A DNA stretch of 32,000 bases from Nostoc punctiforme PCC 73102. Lineage in GTDB: Bacteria; Cyanobacteriota; Cyanobacteriia; Cyanobacteriales; Nostocaceae. The notes under the pieces were generated by a model. The model had not been told where the DNA came from. It saw only the letters and a program-made list of their open reading frames with translations, and did no database searches. Positions 1-8,386 of this stretch are shown one piece after another (within the stretch, counting starts at the first letter, position 1; each line of letters starts with the position of its first letter). The stretch is taken from NCBI RefSeq assembly GCF_000020025.1, contig NC_010628.1, positions 1,110,001 to 1,142,000 on the forward strand. Direction: 5' to 3'. A program made the translations under genes and the position numbers.

Positions 1-221
1 TTTTGCACAAAGTTAAAGACAATGCGACAATCATAATCTACTGAACACGCCTAAGCTCCAGACAGTTTACCTTTAAGTTTATGAGTCTGCAATAATGGAT
101 CAAATGGATCGGCGGTTAGTAATGCTAACCGCTCTTCAATTCGCTCTTGTAATTCTGGCTGTCGTCGTACCAATCGCTTAAATGCTCGTTTAAACGATGA
201 TGCCAGAACTACAGTTCTCAC
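1..221 (-). pseudogene. RelE/ParE-superfamily toxin interrupted by an in-frame TAG (51..53); 3' end runs off the window
   Basis: The minus-strand frame opens at GTG 221..219, overlapping the TGA of the upstream 71-aa ORF in a GTGA junction. It reads VRTVVLASSFKRAFKRLVRRQPELQERIEERLALLTADPFDPLLQTHKLKGKLSGA*ACSVDYDCRIVFNFVQ. The H-x-L-x-G-x-L-x-G-x-W...D-x-R-I-x-F pattern is typical of RelE/ParE toxins. The TAG sits where the conserved Trp (TGG) is expected, and the family-like sequence continues after the stop. Confidence 0.6.
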
Positions 222-433
222 TTGCGTAACTCATCCATTATTTGAGTAACAGTTCCACAGAACACTTTACCAGACTGGTATTCTGCTTGTGCTTGAGCGA
301 TGTTAGCAGCAATTTCAGAACGCCGCCGTTCTGCCAACCGATGACTGATCAGATCAATCAATGTTTCTTGTTCATCTACTGATAAGTCTTCAATGCTTTC
401 TAGAACTCGATCTAACCTGGAAACTGAGGTCAT
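218..433 (-). CDS. Putative type II antitoxin (small helical protein) paired with the downstream RelE/ParE-like gene
   Basis: The 71-aa ORF is acidic and helical-looking (LSVDEQETLIDLISHRLAERRRSEIAANIAQAQAEY). Its stop codon overlaps the toxin-like start (GTGA). The family was not recognised by name; the call rests on size, position and coupling. Confidence 0.55.
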   Translation of the reverse strand: MTSVSRLDRVLESIEDLSVDEQETLIDLISHRLAERRRSEIAANIAQAQAEYQSGKVFCGTVTQIMDELRK

Positions 434-477
434 TATTTATTGTTACCTTACTTGCAATACATAACTATTACGTATGC

Positions 478-1470
478 CTAAAATTGTTGCAAAAATCTCA
501 AATCACTAGCATACAATCGACGAATATCATCGATTTGATGTAACACCATTGCAAAGCGTTCTACACCAAAACCGGCAGCAAACCCAGTATAAACTTCTGG
601 GTCATAACCTACAGACTTAAGTACATTTGGATCGACCATACCGCAGCCCATCACCTCTAGCCAGCGACCATTCCACTGCAAATCCACTTCAGCAGAAGGT
701 TCAGTAAACGGGAAATAACTGGCGCGGAAGCGAATAGGTAAATCGCCAAAAATTGCTTGTAAAAATACTTTAATTGTGCCCTTGAGGTCTGTAAAAGTTA
801 GTCCCTCATCAATGGCTAAAAGTTCTATTTGATGGAAAACAGCCGAGTGAGTCGCGTCTACATTATCTCGCCGATAAACTCGCCCTGGAGCTACAACCCG
901 AATCGGTGGTTCTTCTCTTTCCATGTAACGAATTTGCACTGACGAAGTATGAGTGCGTAAAAGATTACCATCTGGCAGGTAGAAGGTATCCTGCATATCA
1001 CGGGCGGGGTGATCTGGCGGGGTGTTGAGAGCCTCAAAATTGTAGTAATCTGTTTCCATCTCTGGCCCTTGAGCTACGGTATAGCCCATACCAACAAAGA
1101 TATCCAGCGCCCGGTCGATAATGCCGTTGAGGGGATGAATGCGACCTTGGGGACTGTAAATTCCTGGCATCGTTACATCGAGAGTTTCCGCCTCTAGCTG
1201 TACCTGAATTTGCGCGGCTTCGAGGGCAACACGTTGCTGGTCTAGACTAGTTTGCAGAGATTCTTTGACTGTATTGGCGATCGCTCCAATTTTTGGTCGT
1301 TCCTCTGCGCTCATCTGCCCCATACTTCGCAACAGCGCCCCCAGTTCCCCTTTTTTACCCAGATAGTTAACTCTGAGTTCTTCCAGACGTTCTAGGGTGT
1401 CGGCGGCTGCGATCGCTTTTTCTCCTTCTTGCCGCAGTGCTAAAAGTTGAGCTTCTAAATTGCTAGTCAT
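478..1470 (-). CDS. pheS: Phenylalanine--tRNA ligase alpha subunit
   Basis: The 330-aa ORF has class II aaRS PheS hallmarks ([41 protein letters not shown]) over its full length. Confidence 0.97.
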   Translation of the reverse strand: MTSNLEAQLLALRQEGEKAIAAADTLERLEELRVNYLGKKGELGALLRSMGQMSAEERPKIGAIANTVKESLQTSLDQQRVALEAAQIQVQLEAETLDVTMPGIYSPQGRIHPLNGIIDRALDIFVGMGYTVAQGPEMETDYYNFEALNTPPDHPARDMQDTFYLPDGNLLRTHTSSVQIRYMEREEPPIRVVAPGRVYRRDNVDATHSAVFHQIELLAIDEGLTFTDLKGTIKVFLQAIFGDLPIRFRASYFPFTEPSAEVDLQWNGRWLEVMGCGMVDPNVLKSVGYDPEVYTGFAAGFGVERFAMVLHQIDDIRRLYASDLRFLQQF

Positions 1471-1510
1471 TAGTTATTAGTCATTAGTCATTAGTCATTA
1501 GTCTATAGTC
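1464..1510. repeat. Tandem heptamer array TAGTCAT x ~6.7 (complement ATGACTA), STRR-type
   Basis: Direct reading: tagtcat tagttat tagtcat tagtcat tagtcat tagtcta tagtc. The first unit contains the pheS ATG-ACT codons on the minus strand. Confidence 0.85.
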
Positions 1511-1629
1511 AAAAGCTGTGAACTGCTCGATAAATCAACTTACAGGCAAGGGGTAAACTTCCGCCACAATGTACTGGTGAGTATAAATGTTTTTTTGGTG
1601 CTTGTGATTTCAGACATTGACAAATCGCT

Positions 1630-1668
1630 AATAACAAATAACTAATAACTAATGACCAATGACCCATA
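1630..1668. repeat. Tandem heptamer array (AATAACT/AATGACC variants); a related ATGACTA x2 array lies at 1758..1771
   Basis: Direct reading: aataaca aataact aataact aatgacc aatgacc. At 1758..1771 the sequence is atgacta atgacta, and the second unit supplies the surE ORF start (1765). Confidence 0.8.
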
Positions 1669-1764
1669 CTTCTCAACGAGAGGCTGCGTCCTAAGCGTAG
1701 CTATGCCGCAGGCTTTACGATTACGCGGTAGTTGAGCGCAGTCGAAACTCAGTACAAATGACTA

Positions 1765-2568
1765 ATGACTATGAGATTACTAATTAGCAACGACGACGGC
1801 GTTTCTGCTTTGGGGATTCGTACCCTAGCCAACTACTTGGCAGAAGCAGGTCATGATGTTAGTGTAGTTTGCCCAGATCGAGAGCGATCGGCAACTGGAC
1901 ATGGATTAACTCTCCACCAACCCATTCGTGCCGAAATTGTAGAGTCAATTTTTCATCCTGCTGTCAAAGCTTGGGCTTGCGATGGTACGCCTTCAGATTG
2001 CGTCAAATTGGCGCTGTGGGCTTTGCTAGATACTCCTCCCGATTTGGTTCTCTCTGGCATTAATCAAGGTGCAAATTTGGGAACTGAAATCTTGTATTCT
2101 GGAACTGTTTCGGCGGCAATGGAAGGTCTAATTGAAGGTATTCCCAGCGTAGCCCTAAGTCTTATTAGTCACACATCTAAAGACTTTCAACCTGCTGCTA
2201 AGTTTGCCAAAGTTCTCGTAGACCAGTTAGCCCAAAAACCTCTACCAGATTTAATGTTGCTCAACGTTAATATTCCTGCTGTGAAGTGGGAAGAAATTGC
2301 TGGAGTGACACTTACCCGTCAAGGAGTACGGCGTTACATTGATGTGTTTGATAAACGAGTTGATCCTCGTGGAAAAACGTACTATTGGTTAACTGGAGAA
2401 GTAGTTGAGGATGTGGAACCTCCAACTGGATTAAATCTGCCTCAAAATGTACCAACAGATGTGCAGGTTGTACGTAAAAATTACATCAGTATAACTCCGT
2501 TACAATACAATCTAACTTACGCAACTGTACTAGAGAAATTGTCTGATTGGGAATTCAATTTTACCTGA
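1765..2568 (+). CDS. surE: 5'/3'-nucleotidase SurE
   Basis: The 267-aa ORF starts M(T)[16 protein letters not shown] and contains [17 protein letters not shown] and [11 protein letters not shown], all typical SurE motifs. An alternative start is at 1771. Confidence 0.95.
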   Translation: MTMRLLISNDDGVSALGIRTLANYLAEAGHDVSVVCPDRERSATGHGLTLHQPIRAEIVESIFHPAVKAWACDGTPSDCVKLALWALLDTPPDLVLSGINQGANLGTEILYSGTVSAAMEGLIEGIPSVALSLISHTSKDFQPAAKFAKVLVDQLAQKPLPDLMLLNVNIPAVKWEEIAGVTLTRQGVRRYIDVFDKRVDPRGKTYYWLTGEVVEDVEPPTGLNLPQNVPTDVQVVRKNYISITPLQYNLTYATVLEKLSDWEFNFT

Positions 2569-2855
2569 ATCATTTGATTTATCAGGACAAAACTGGAGTT
2601 ATTCAAATGCATCAGAGAAAAATGTAGGCTATAACGTAGGGGCACTCTTGAAATAACCGATACACATTCACCCCAAAAGCTAGAAAATTCTCCCTGACAG
2701 TATTTCATCCACATTTACACAATCAGCCAGAAACAGGGTATGCTGTTTTACCAAGAAATCTTCCCTCTAATACAATCGGTGAGACAGCGTAAACTTAGAC
2801 AATTTAAATAGTAATTTTTCCAGTTATCGCCCGCTCAGTCCAGCAAGCAACACCC

Positions 2856-3752
2856 ATGTCTAGGATAGAGAATCAATTTACCGTACAATTTTGGGGCGTT
2901 CGCGGCAGCATCCCCAGCCCAGGGCCACACACCGTTCGCTACGGCGGTAATACCCCTTGCATATCAATGCAAGCGGGCGATAAACGCTTAGTTTTCGATG
3001 CTGGCACGGGACTACATGTTTTGGGGCAATCTTGGTTGCGCCAAATGCCGTTAGAAGGTCACATATTTTTTACTCACTCTCACTGGGATCACATGCAGGG
3101 TTTTCCCTTCTTTACCCCAGGATTTGTCAAGGGTAATGACTTTCATATCTACGGTGCGATCGCACCTGATGGATCGACCATAGAGCAGCGCCTCAACGAT
3201 CAAATGTTACACCCGAACTTTCCCGTACCCTTGCAGATTATGCAAGCCAATTTAAAGTTCTATGACATTCGACCGGGGCAACCAATCCACATTGATGACG
3301 TTACCGTAGAAACAGCACCTTTAAACCATCCAGGAGAAGCCGTAGGATACCGTGTCAACTGGCGTGGTGGTGCTGTTGCTTATATTACTGATACCGAACA
3401 TTTTCCTGACCGGCTCGATGACAATGTGCTGTGGCTAGCTCGTAATGCTGATATTCTGGTTTACGATTCCACCTACACAGATGAAGAATACCACTCCCCA
3501 AAAACCCCAAAAATTGGCTGGGGACATTCTACCTGGCAAGAAGCGGTGAAAGTGGCACAAGCTGCTAACGTCAAAACTTTGGTAATTTACCACCACGACC
3601 CCGCCCACAATGACGACTTTTTGGATTGTGTAGGGCAACAAGCCTCTGAGAAATTTCCCGGTGCTATTATGGCACGGGAAGGAATGGTACTTCAGATTCC
3701 TACCTCAGTAGCCTTATCAGAATCTTTTCCTGTTAGTAAGTTTTCTACCTAA
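2856..3752 (+). CDS. MBL-fold metallo-hydrolase
   Basis: The 298-aa ORF has the metallo-beta-lactamase motif THSHWDH, followed by downstream His/Asp ligand positions (NHPGEAVGY, YHHDP). Substrate is unknown. Confidence 0.85.
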   Translation: MSRIENQFTVQFWGVRGSIPSPGPHTVRYGGNTPCISMQAGDKRLVFDAGTGLHVLGQSWLRQMPLEGHIFFTHSHWDHMQGFPFFTPGFVKGNDFHIYGAIAPDGSTIEQRLNDQMLHPNFPVPLQIMQANLKFYDIRPGQPIHIDDVTVETAPLNHPGEAVGYRVNWRGGAVAYITDTEHFPDRLDDNVLWLARNADILVYDSTYTDEEYHSPKTPKIGWGHSTWQEAVKVAQAANVKTLVIYHHDPAHNDDFLDCVGQQASEKFPGAIMAREGMVLQIPTSVALSESFPVSKFST

Positions 3753-4419
3753 AGATTGCGATCGCAGGAATTGGAGATTTTAGATTAGATTGGTAATCGG
3801 AAGCTTTCAGCGCGAGAGCGTACCTGTTGGCTGCAAGGTGAGACAGCGCTGCCCAGAGTTGTCACGCCAACCATAGGATAAGGGCGGCAACAGGAGGATA
3901 GACTTTATAGATTCACCAACACAGCCCAGGCACCCACAAGACCCTCTCTTGCGGCTGAATGAGGTTTTACCTCGTTGCAGTCCCAACAGGGAACTAGAGC
4001 CTTTTTAGCTCTGGTATTTGGAGTATCTGGAATTAGCAATTAGCTGTCAACCAATTTTGGATTTTGGATTGAAACAGACAACAGTCTTCTCTGCGAGACG
4101 CTCCACGAACGTCCTGCTACAAAGTTCGGGTATTAGTTCTGAAGATTTTGGATTTGTTCTGCCTATTAAGAGCGAGGACTAAACCAAAAAATAAAAATCT
4201 AAAATCTAAAATTAGTAGTCAAGCTGATAGCATAAGATCCCATCTGGGGCTACTTCCCGTGGGTTAGGCTTTTGGCTGATAGCTAAAAGGGGTGGCATCA
4301 ACACCTTGGCTGATCGTACAAGACCTCATGGGCAGTTGGTGAATGTCCTCCTCAAGGCGGTTTACTATAAGGTAGCTTCCTGCTGATAGCTAAAATAAAC
4401 CTAAAATCTCAGAATCCAC

Positions 4420-5499
4420 GTGCTAAATTTGTCTCAAAATGGGTGTTCTGTGTGGGTTGCTTCTTCGAGCGAAGGGCTGCTAACGCCGACTGCTGTTGCC
4501 CTTGGCAAGTTTGATGGTGTTCATCTTGGTCATCAAAGGGTAATTCAACCAGTTTTGCACCCTTGCGATCGCTTGTCAGTAGCCAGTAGTCCCCAGTCAA
4601 AGGAAAATCAACAACAAACAAATCAAGAATATATCTACTCAACAGTTGTCACCTTTGACCCCCATCCACAGGAGTTTTTCACGGGGCAACCCCGGACTTT
4701 GTTAACGCCACTGGATGAAAAAGTCCAACAATTGCGATCGCTTGGGGTAGAACAACTAGTATTACTACCCTTTGATAAAGAATTATCTGCTTTGACCCCC
4801 GAAGAATTCGTCCAAAAAATTCTCGTCCAGCAACTGCAATGCCAGCGAATTAGCATCGGGCAGGATTTTTGTTTTGGCGAAAAACGCAGTGGCACTGCTA
4901 AAGATTTGCAATTAATCGCCGCCAAACACAATATCCCCGTTACCATCGTTCCCTTACAAACTTATACAGGTGACTCGCCCACCCAAAGCAGTTGCGTCAG
5001 TACTAATCCAACTCAAGATGCCCGCATTAGCACTTCATTGATCCGCCAAACCCTTGAACAAGGCGACATCGAAAACGCAAATTTACTACTAGGTCGCCCC
5101 TATACTCTCTTTGGTGTTGTGGTTCAAGGTCAACAATTGGGTAGAACAATTGGCTTTCCCACCGCCAATCTCGAACTACCAAAAGAAAAGTTTTTGCCCC
5201 GCCAAGGAGTTTACGCTGTCCGTGTTTTTACTCTTAGTGAAACATCAAATGCTGCTTCTAGTGAGAGCTTGGGCGTAATGAACATCGGCAACCGCCCAAC
5301 TGTAAATGGTACTTATTCATCTGCGGAAGTACATTTATTCGATTGGTCTGGTGATTTGTATGGCAAAAAACTGGCTATAGAATTAGTTAAATTTTTGCGC
5401 CCTGAACAAAAATTCCCTTCTCTAGAAGCCTTAAAAACACAAATTCAACTTGACTGCGTTGTTGCTAAAGAAGTTTTGAGTGCTGAGTGGGAACAATAG
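4420..5499 (+). CDS. ribF: Bifunctional riboflavin kinase / FMN adenylyltransferase
   Basis: It carries the FAD-synthetase motif ALGKFDGVHLGHQ, then TFDPHP, and a C-terminal riboflavin-kinase region (GRTIGFPTANL, GVMNIGNRPT, EVHLFDW). The likely true start is GTG 4450 (VWVASS...). A Gln/Ser-rich segment (SVASSPQSKENQQQTNQEY) looks like a lineage-specific insertion. Confidence 0.93.
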   Translation: MLNLSQNGCSVWVASSSEGLLTPTAVALGKFDGVHLGHQRVIQPVLHPCDRLSVASSPQSKENQQQTNQEYIYSTVVTFDPHPQEFFTGQPRTLLTPLDEKVQQLRSLGVEQLVLLPFDKELSALTPEEFVQKILVQQLQCQRISIGQDFCFGEKRSGTAKDLQLIAAKHNIPVTIVPLQTYTGDSPTQSSCVSTNPTQDARISTSLIRQTLEQGDIENANLLLGRPYTLFGVVVQGQQLGRTIGFPTANLELPKEKFLPRQGVYAVRVFTLSETSNAASSESLGVMNIGNRPTVNGTYSSAEVHLFDWSGDLYGKKLAIELVKFLRPEQKFPSLEALKTQIQLDCVVAKEVLSAEWEQ

Positions 5500-5502
5500 A
5501 TA

Positions 5503-5579
5503 GGTCATGGGGCATGGGGCATGGGTTATTAATTCATCTTCCCAATGCCCAATTCCCCATTCCCTACTCCCCACTCCCC
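5503..5579. repeat. STRR-type heptamer inverted repeat (GGGGCAT units facing CCCAATG/CCCCATT/CCCCACT units)
   Basis: Direct reading: ggtcatggggcatggggcatgggt ... cccaatgcccaattccccattccctactccccactcccc. The arms can pair. The element sits right after the ribF stop, so it may act as a terminator-like hairpin. Confidence 0.7.
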
Positions 5580-5586
5580 GCGCTGC

Positions 5587-6495
5587 ATGAGAGAAAAAAT
5601 TGACGCTTTAACACAAAATCTGGCTCTTACCATTGTTGGCAAAGCTGAAGCAATACGCTTAGTGCTAGTAGCCTTGCTAGGTGGTGGTCATGCCCTGCTA
5701 GAAGATGTTCCTGGTGTTGGTAAAACCCTACTCGCTAAATCTCTAGCTCGTTCACTGGATGGTAAGTTTCAACGCCTACAATGTACCCCCGATTTACTGC
5801 CAACTGATATTACTGGCACCAATATCTGGAACCCAAAAAGCGGCGAATTTACTTTTCTCCCTGGGCCAGTCTTTACGAATATTCTCTTAGCTGACGAAAT
5901 TAACCGCGCTACACCCCGCACTCAGTCAGCTTTGCTGGAAGTTATGGAGGAACATCAGGTAACAGTCGATGGTGTCTCTCGTCTAGTTCCCCAGCCCTTC
6001 TTTGTCATCGCTACTCAAAACCCGATCGAGTATCAAGGTACTTTTCCCCTGCCGGAAGCGCAAATGGATCGGTTCATGTTGTCGCTGAGTTTGGGCTATC
6101 CTTCGGAGGCAGAAGAACTCCTGATGCTGCAAAATCTCCAAAATGGTATTAAGGTTGGTGATTTGCAGCCTTGTATTACCTTGGCAGAAGTACAGGAATT
6201 GCGTTACATCTGCTCTCAAGTAAAAGTAACAACCTCCTTGCAACAGTACATCCTCGAATTGGTGCGGGCAACACGCCAAGATGAGGAAATCGCTCTTGGT
6301 GTCAGTCCGCGTGGCACATTAGCATTACAACGGGCTGCCCAAGCGTTAGCTTTTCTATTAGGGCGTGATTATGCCATTCCCGATGATGTGAAATTTCTCG
6401 TCCCTCACGTTCTTTGCCATCGCCTTATTCCTAGAGGAGGACGCAACGCTAGAACTGTTGTTGAGCGATTATTGCGATCGGTTTCTATTCCTTAA
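5587..6495 (+). CDS. MoxR-family AAA+ ATPase
   Basis: It has Walker A (EDVPGVGKT), Walker B (LLADEINRA) and the ATQNPIEYQGTFPLPEAQMDRF sensor region typical of MoxR/RavA-type ATPases. The tracked ORF starts at 5545, but those 14 codons translate the heptamer repeat. ATG 5587 (MREKIDALTQNL) is the probable start. Confidence 0.9.
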   Translation: MREKIDALTQNLALTIVGKAEAIRLVLVALLGGGHALLEDVPGVGKTLLAKSLARSLDGKFQRLQCTPDLLPTDITGTNIWNPKSGEFTFLPGPVFTNILLADEINRATPRTQSALLEVMEEHQVTVDGVSRLVPQPFFVIATQNPIEYQGTFPLPEAQMDRFMLSLSLGYPSEAEELLMLQNLQNGIKVGDLQPCITLAEVQELRYICSQVKVTTSLQQYILELVRATRQDEEIALGVSPRGTLALQRAAQALAFLLGRDYAIPDDVKFLVPHVLCHRLIPRGGRNARTVVERLLRSVSIP

Positions 6496-6686
6496 TGTAA
6501 GAGTGAATATAAACTTTAGATTCTTTATCCTGCTTCAATTTGTACGTGTTAAAGTGAGTTCTATGCCTCTGAAATTTTGTGCTTGTTCTCTTAGTTATGT
6601 TCTACTTTATTAAGTACATACATTCACAAAATGTACACTATTTGGAAATGTCATAAATGACCGATAATAGTCATGTTAACACTGAG

Positions 6687-6998
6687 CTAATACAGGGTTA
6701 TCTGATATTTTTCTACCAGTGTAGACAATATTGAACGGGCAAGAGAGCCATTATAGTTCCTGTCAGCCAACCATTTTTTACCTTTATCTGAGATGACACA
6801 TTTGCCGCTTAATGGACTCTTGTCATTGATAACTTTCAATAATCCCAAATCTGATAATTCTCTCACTACTTGCGAAATATATTCATGACCAGCTAGTGGT
6901 TCACCTGTTAACATCATTAAGCGGTCGAGCTTGTACCAGTGAACTCCTTGATCACCTTTTAGATCAAGAAGTTCAAGAATGAGAGCATAATCCTTTTC
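6687..6998 (-). CDS. Hypothetical protein, possibly a winged-helix DNA-binding fold
   Basis: The tracked ORF is 6687..7064. The internal ATG at 6998 (MEKDYALILELLDL...) avoids overlap with the divergent antitoxin gene. The gene lies in an AT-rich islet. The fold guess rests only on the helix-rich pattern VVRELSDLGLLKV and is weak. Confidence 0.45.
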   Translation of the reverse strand, partial: EKDYALILELLDLKGDQGVHWYKLDRLMMLTGEPLAGHEYISQVVRELSDLGLLKVINDKSPLSGKCVISDKGKKWLADRNYNGSLARSILSTLVEKYQITLY

Positions 6999-7025
6999 CA
7001 TAGATTCTAATGAGGTAGACAACAG

Positions 7026-7283
7026 ATGAAAGCGATCGAAGTTACCGGTAGGATTGACTCTCAAGGAAACCTAGTTTTAGATGAGCCGATTCAGGGAAGC
7101 ACTTATCCTCATCAGGTTCGGGTAATTGTGTTGGTTCCAGAACCAGCAGAAGCAGAAGAGGTTGACCCTGATGATACACCCGTTGAAGAGATTAAAGCTA
7201 GCTTGAGGAGAGTCTTACAGCAAGCAAAAGCTGGTCAAACTAGACCACTTAGTGAACTATGGGACAGGATTGATGCAGAGTGA
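7026..7283 (+). CDS. Putative type II antitoxin
   Basis: The 85-aa ORF has an acidic Pro/Glu-rich middle (PEPAEAEEVDPDDTPVEE). It overlaps the downstream toxin-like frame by 11 nt (toxin ATG 7273, antitoxin TGA 7281..7283). Confidence 0.6.
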   Translation: MKAIEVTGRIDSQGNLVLDEPIQGSTYPHQVRVIVLVPEPAEAEEVDPDDTPVEEIKASLRRVLQQAKAGQTRPLSELWDRIDAE

Positions 7284-7635
7284 TAATGCGGTTTCAATTC
7301 GATTTTCCGATGAGTTTTAGCAGGAACTTTACAGACTATCAAAGAGATTCCGCAATATTCGCTCTGATGTTCAACCGATTATTGAGCAATTACAACAAAG
7401 GAATTTTGTAGGAGATCGCATTGCGGGCATTGGTGAGGAGTATGTTGTTTATAAGGTGAGAGTTCGCAACAGTAGTATCCAAAAAGATAAGAGTGCTGGA
7501 TACCGATTGATTTATCAAGTTGAATCACCTACAAATATTTTGCTACTAACGATTTATTCCAAATCTGACCGAGAAGATATTGGTGCGAATGAAATCCGAG
7601 ATATTATGGCTGATTTTTTTAGTGATTCAGGTTAA
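7273..7635 (+). pseudogene. RelE/ParE-superfamily toxin interrupted by an in-frame TAG at codon 16 (7318..7320)
   Basis: Hand translation: MQSDNAVSIRFSDEF*QELYRLSKRFRNIRSDVQPIIEQLQQRNFVGDRIAGIGEEYVVYKVRVRNSSIQKDKSAGYRLIYQVESPTNILLLTIYSKSDREDIGANEIRDIMADFFSDSG. The KVR...GKSAGYRLIY...LLTIYSK pattern is RelE/ParE-like. The frame is open for 104 codons after the TAG but has no plausible restart codon. Confidence 0.65.
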
Positions 7636-7782
7636 AACTGCTAAGAGATTTTTCCTTGCAATGTTGAGAGATGCAGACGCAGAAGGGCTTACCGATAGGC
7701 ATTGCTATATTACTACTGACAACGCTGGGTAAGTCCTATGATTAGCACAAGCGCCACTTCTAAATATCTGGGAATGTGAGGA

Positions 7783-8355
7783 ATGTCAATTTTTGTTAAG
7801 CGCAAAATCCGCGATGGCGATCGCCAAGGTTTACAGCAAAGTGCCGAACGTGAATTCAAACGCCAATTTTTCGGTTTACTTCTGGTAATTGTAACGTGGA
7901 GCCTAGCTATGGGTTGGCTTCTAGCCTTGGCAACTAACGCTCACAGTGCTACTCCTCCCGTCGAAATTGGTACTGTTGACGTAGTACCTGCACAGTACCA
8001 ACTTGGGCAAGAGCTGTATTTGGAAAACTGCTCCACCTGCCACATTGCCTTACCACCAGCCGTTTTACCCACCCAAACTTGGAAAAATCTCCTGCAAGAC
8101 TCGCAGCACTACGGCGCACAACTACAGCCTTTAGTCGATCCGCCGCGCATTTTGGTGTGGAAATATCTTTCAACTTTCTCGCGTGTGCAGCGAGACGACG
8201 AAGAAACACCCTATCGCCTCAGTAACTCACGTTATTTCAAAGCTTTACATCCAGGAGTTAAGTTACCACGTCCAGTCCAGCTTGGCAGTTGTGTCAGCTG
8301 TCATCCTAGCGCTACTGACTACAATTTCCGCCGCCTGACAGCAGAATGGAAGTGA
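7783..8355 (+). CDS. Diheme c-type cytochrome with N-terminal membrane anchor/signal
   Basis: It has two CxxCH heme-binding motifs (CSTCH, CVSCH) and a hydrophobic N-terminal segment (FFGLLLVIVTWSLAMGWLLALA). Confidence 0.8.
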   Translation: MSIFVKRKIRDGDRQGLQQSAEREFKRQFFGLLLVIVTWSLAMGWLLALATNAHSATPPVEIGTVDVVPAQYQLGQELYLENCSTCHIALPPAVLPTQTWKNLLQDSQHYGAQLQPLVDPPRILVWKYLSTFSRVQRDDEETPYRLSNSRYFKALHPGVKLPRPVQLGSCVSCHPSATDYNFRRLTAEWK

Positions 8356-8358
8356 GGA

Positions 8359-8386
8359 GTAGAGACGCGATTAATCGTGTCTCTAC
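8359..8386 (+). terminator. Near-perfect 28-nt palindrome hairpin downstream of the cytochrome gene
   Basis: GTAGAGACGCGATTAATCGTGTCTCTAC forms about 12 bp of stem (one G-T wobble) around a central TTAA. It lacks a clear U-tract, so it may be a dispersed Nostoc-type hairpin repeat rather than a classic terminator. Confidence 0.45.

Noticed and set aside
51-53. In-frame TAG codons (also 7318..7320) as programmed recoding such as pyrrolysine
   Set aside because: No pyl genes or any other recoding signal are visible in the window, and Pyl is not known in cyanobacteria. Toxin genes are frequent targets of inactivating mutations, so simple nonsense mutation is the default. It is kept only as something to exclude genome-wide.
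361-543. 60-aa plus-strand ORF, plus 1009..1197 (+), 1869..2063 (+), 2517..2714 (-), 3435..3641 (-) and 8608..8829 (-)
   Set aside because: They are short, overlap confidently called genes or their boundaries, and have no motifs. They are treated as chance ORFs.
3800-4015. The GC-rich intergenic core as a known RNA (RNase P, tmRNA, SRP RNA, FMN or cobalamin riboswitch, group II intron domain V)
   Set aside because: None of the consensus cores I can recall for these RNA families is present. It is left as an unassigned structured region in the findings.
5545-5586. N-terminal extension MPNSPFPTPHSPRC of the MoxR ORF
   Set aside because: It is a direct translation of the CCCCAxT heptamer repeat. 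MoxR homology begins at MREKIDAL (ATG 5587).
5587-6495. MoxR ATPase as the core of a MoxR-vWA type conflict or chaperone system
   Set aside because: No DUF58 or vWA partner gene follows. The downstream sequence is an AT-rich islet with a TA module, so nothing in the window supports a multi-gene MoxR system.
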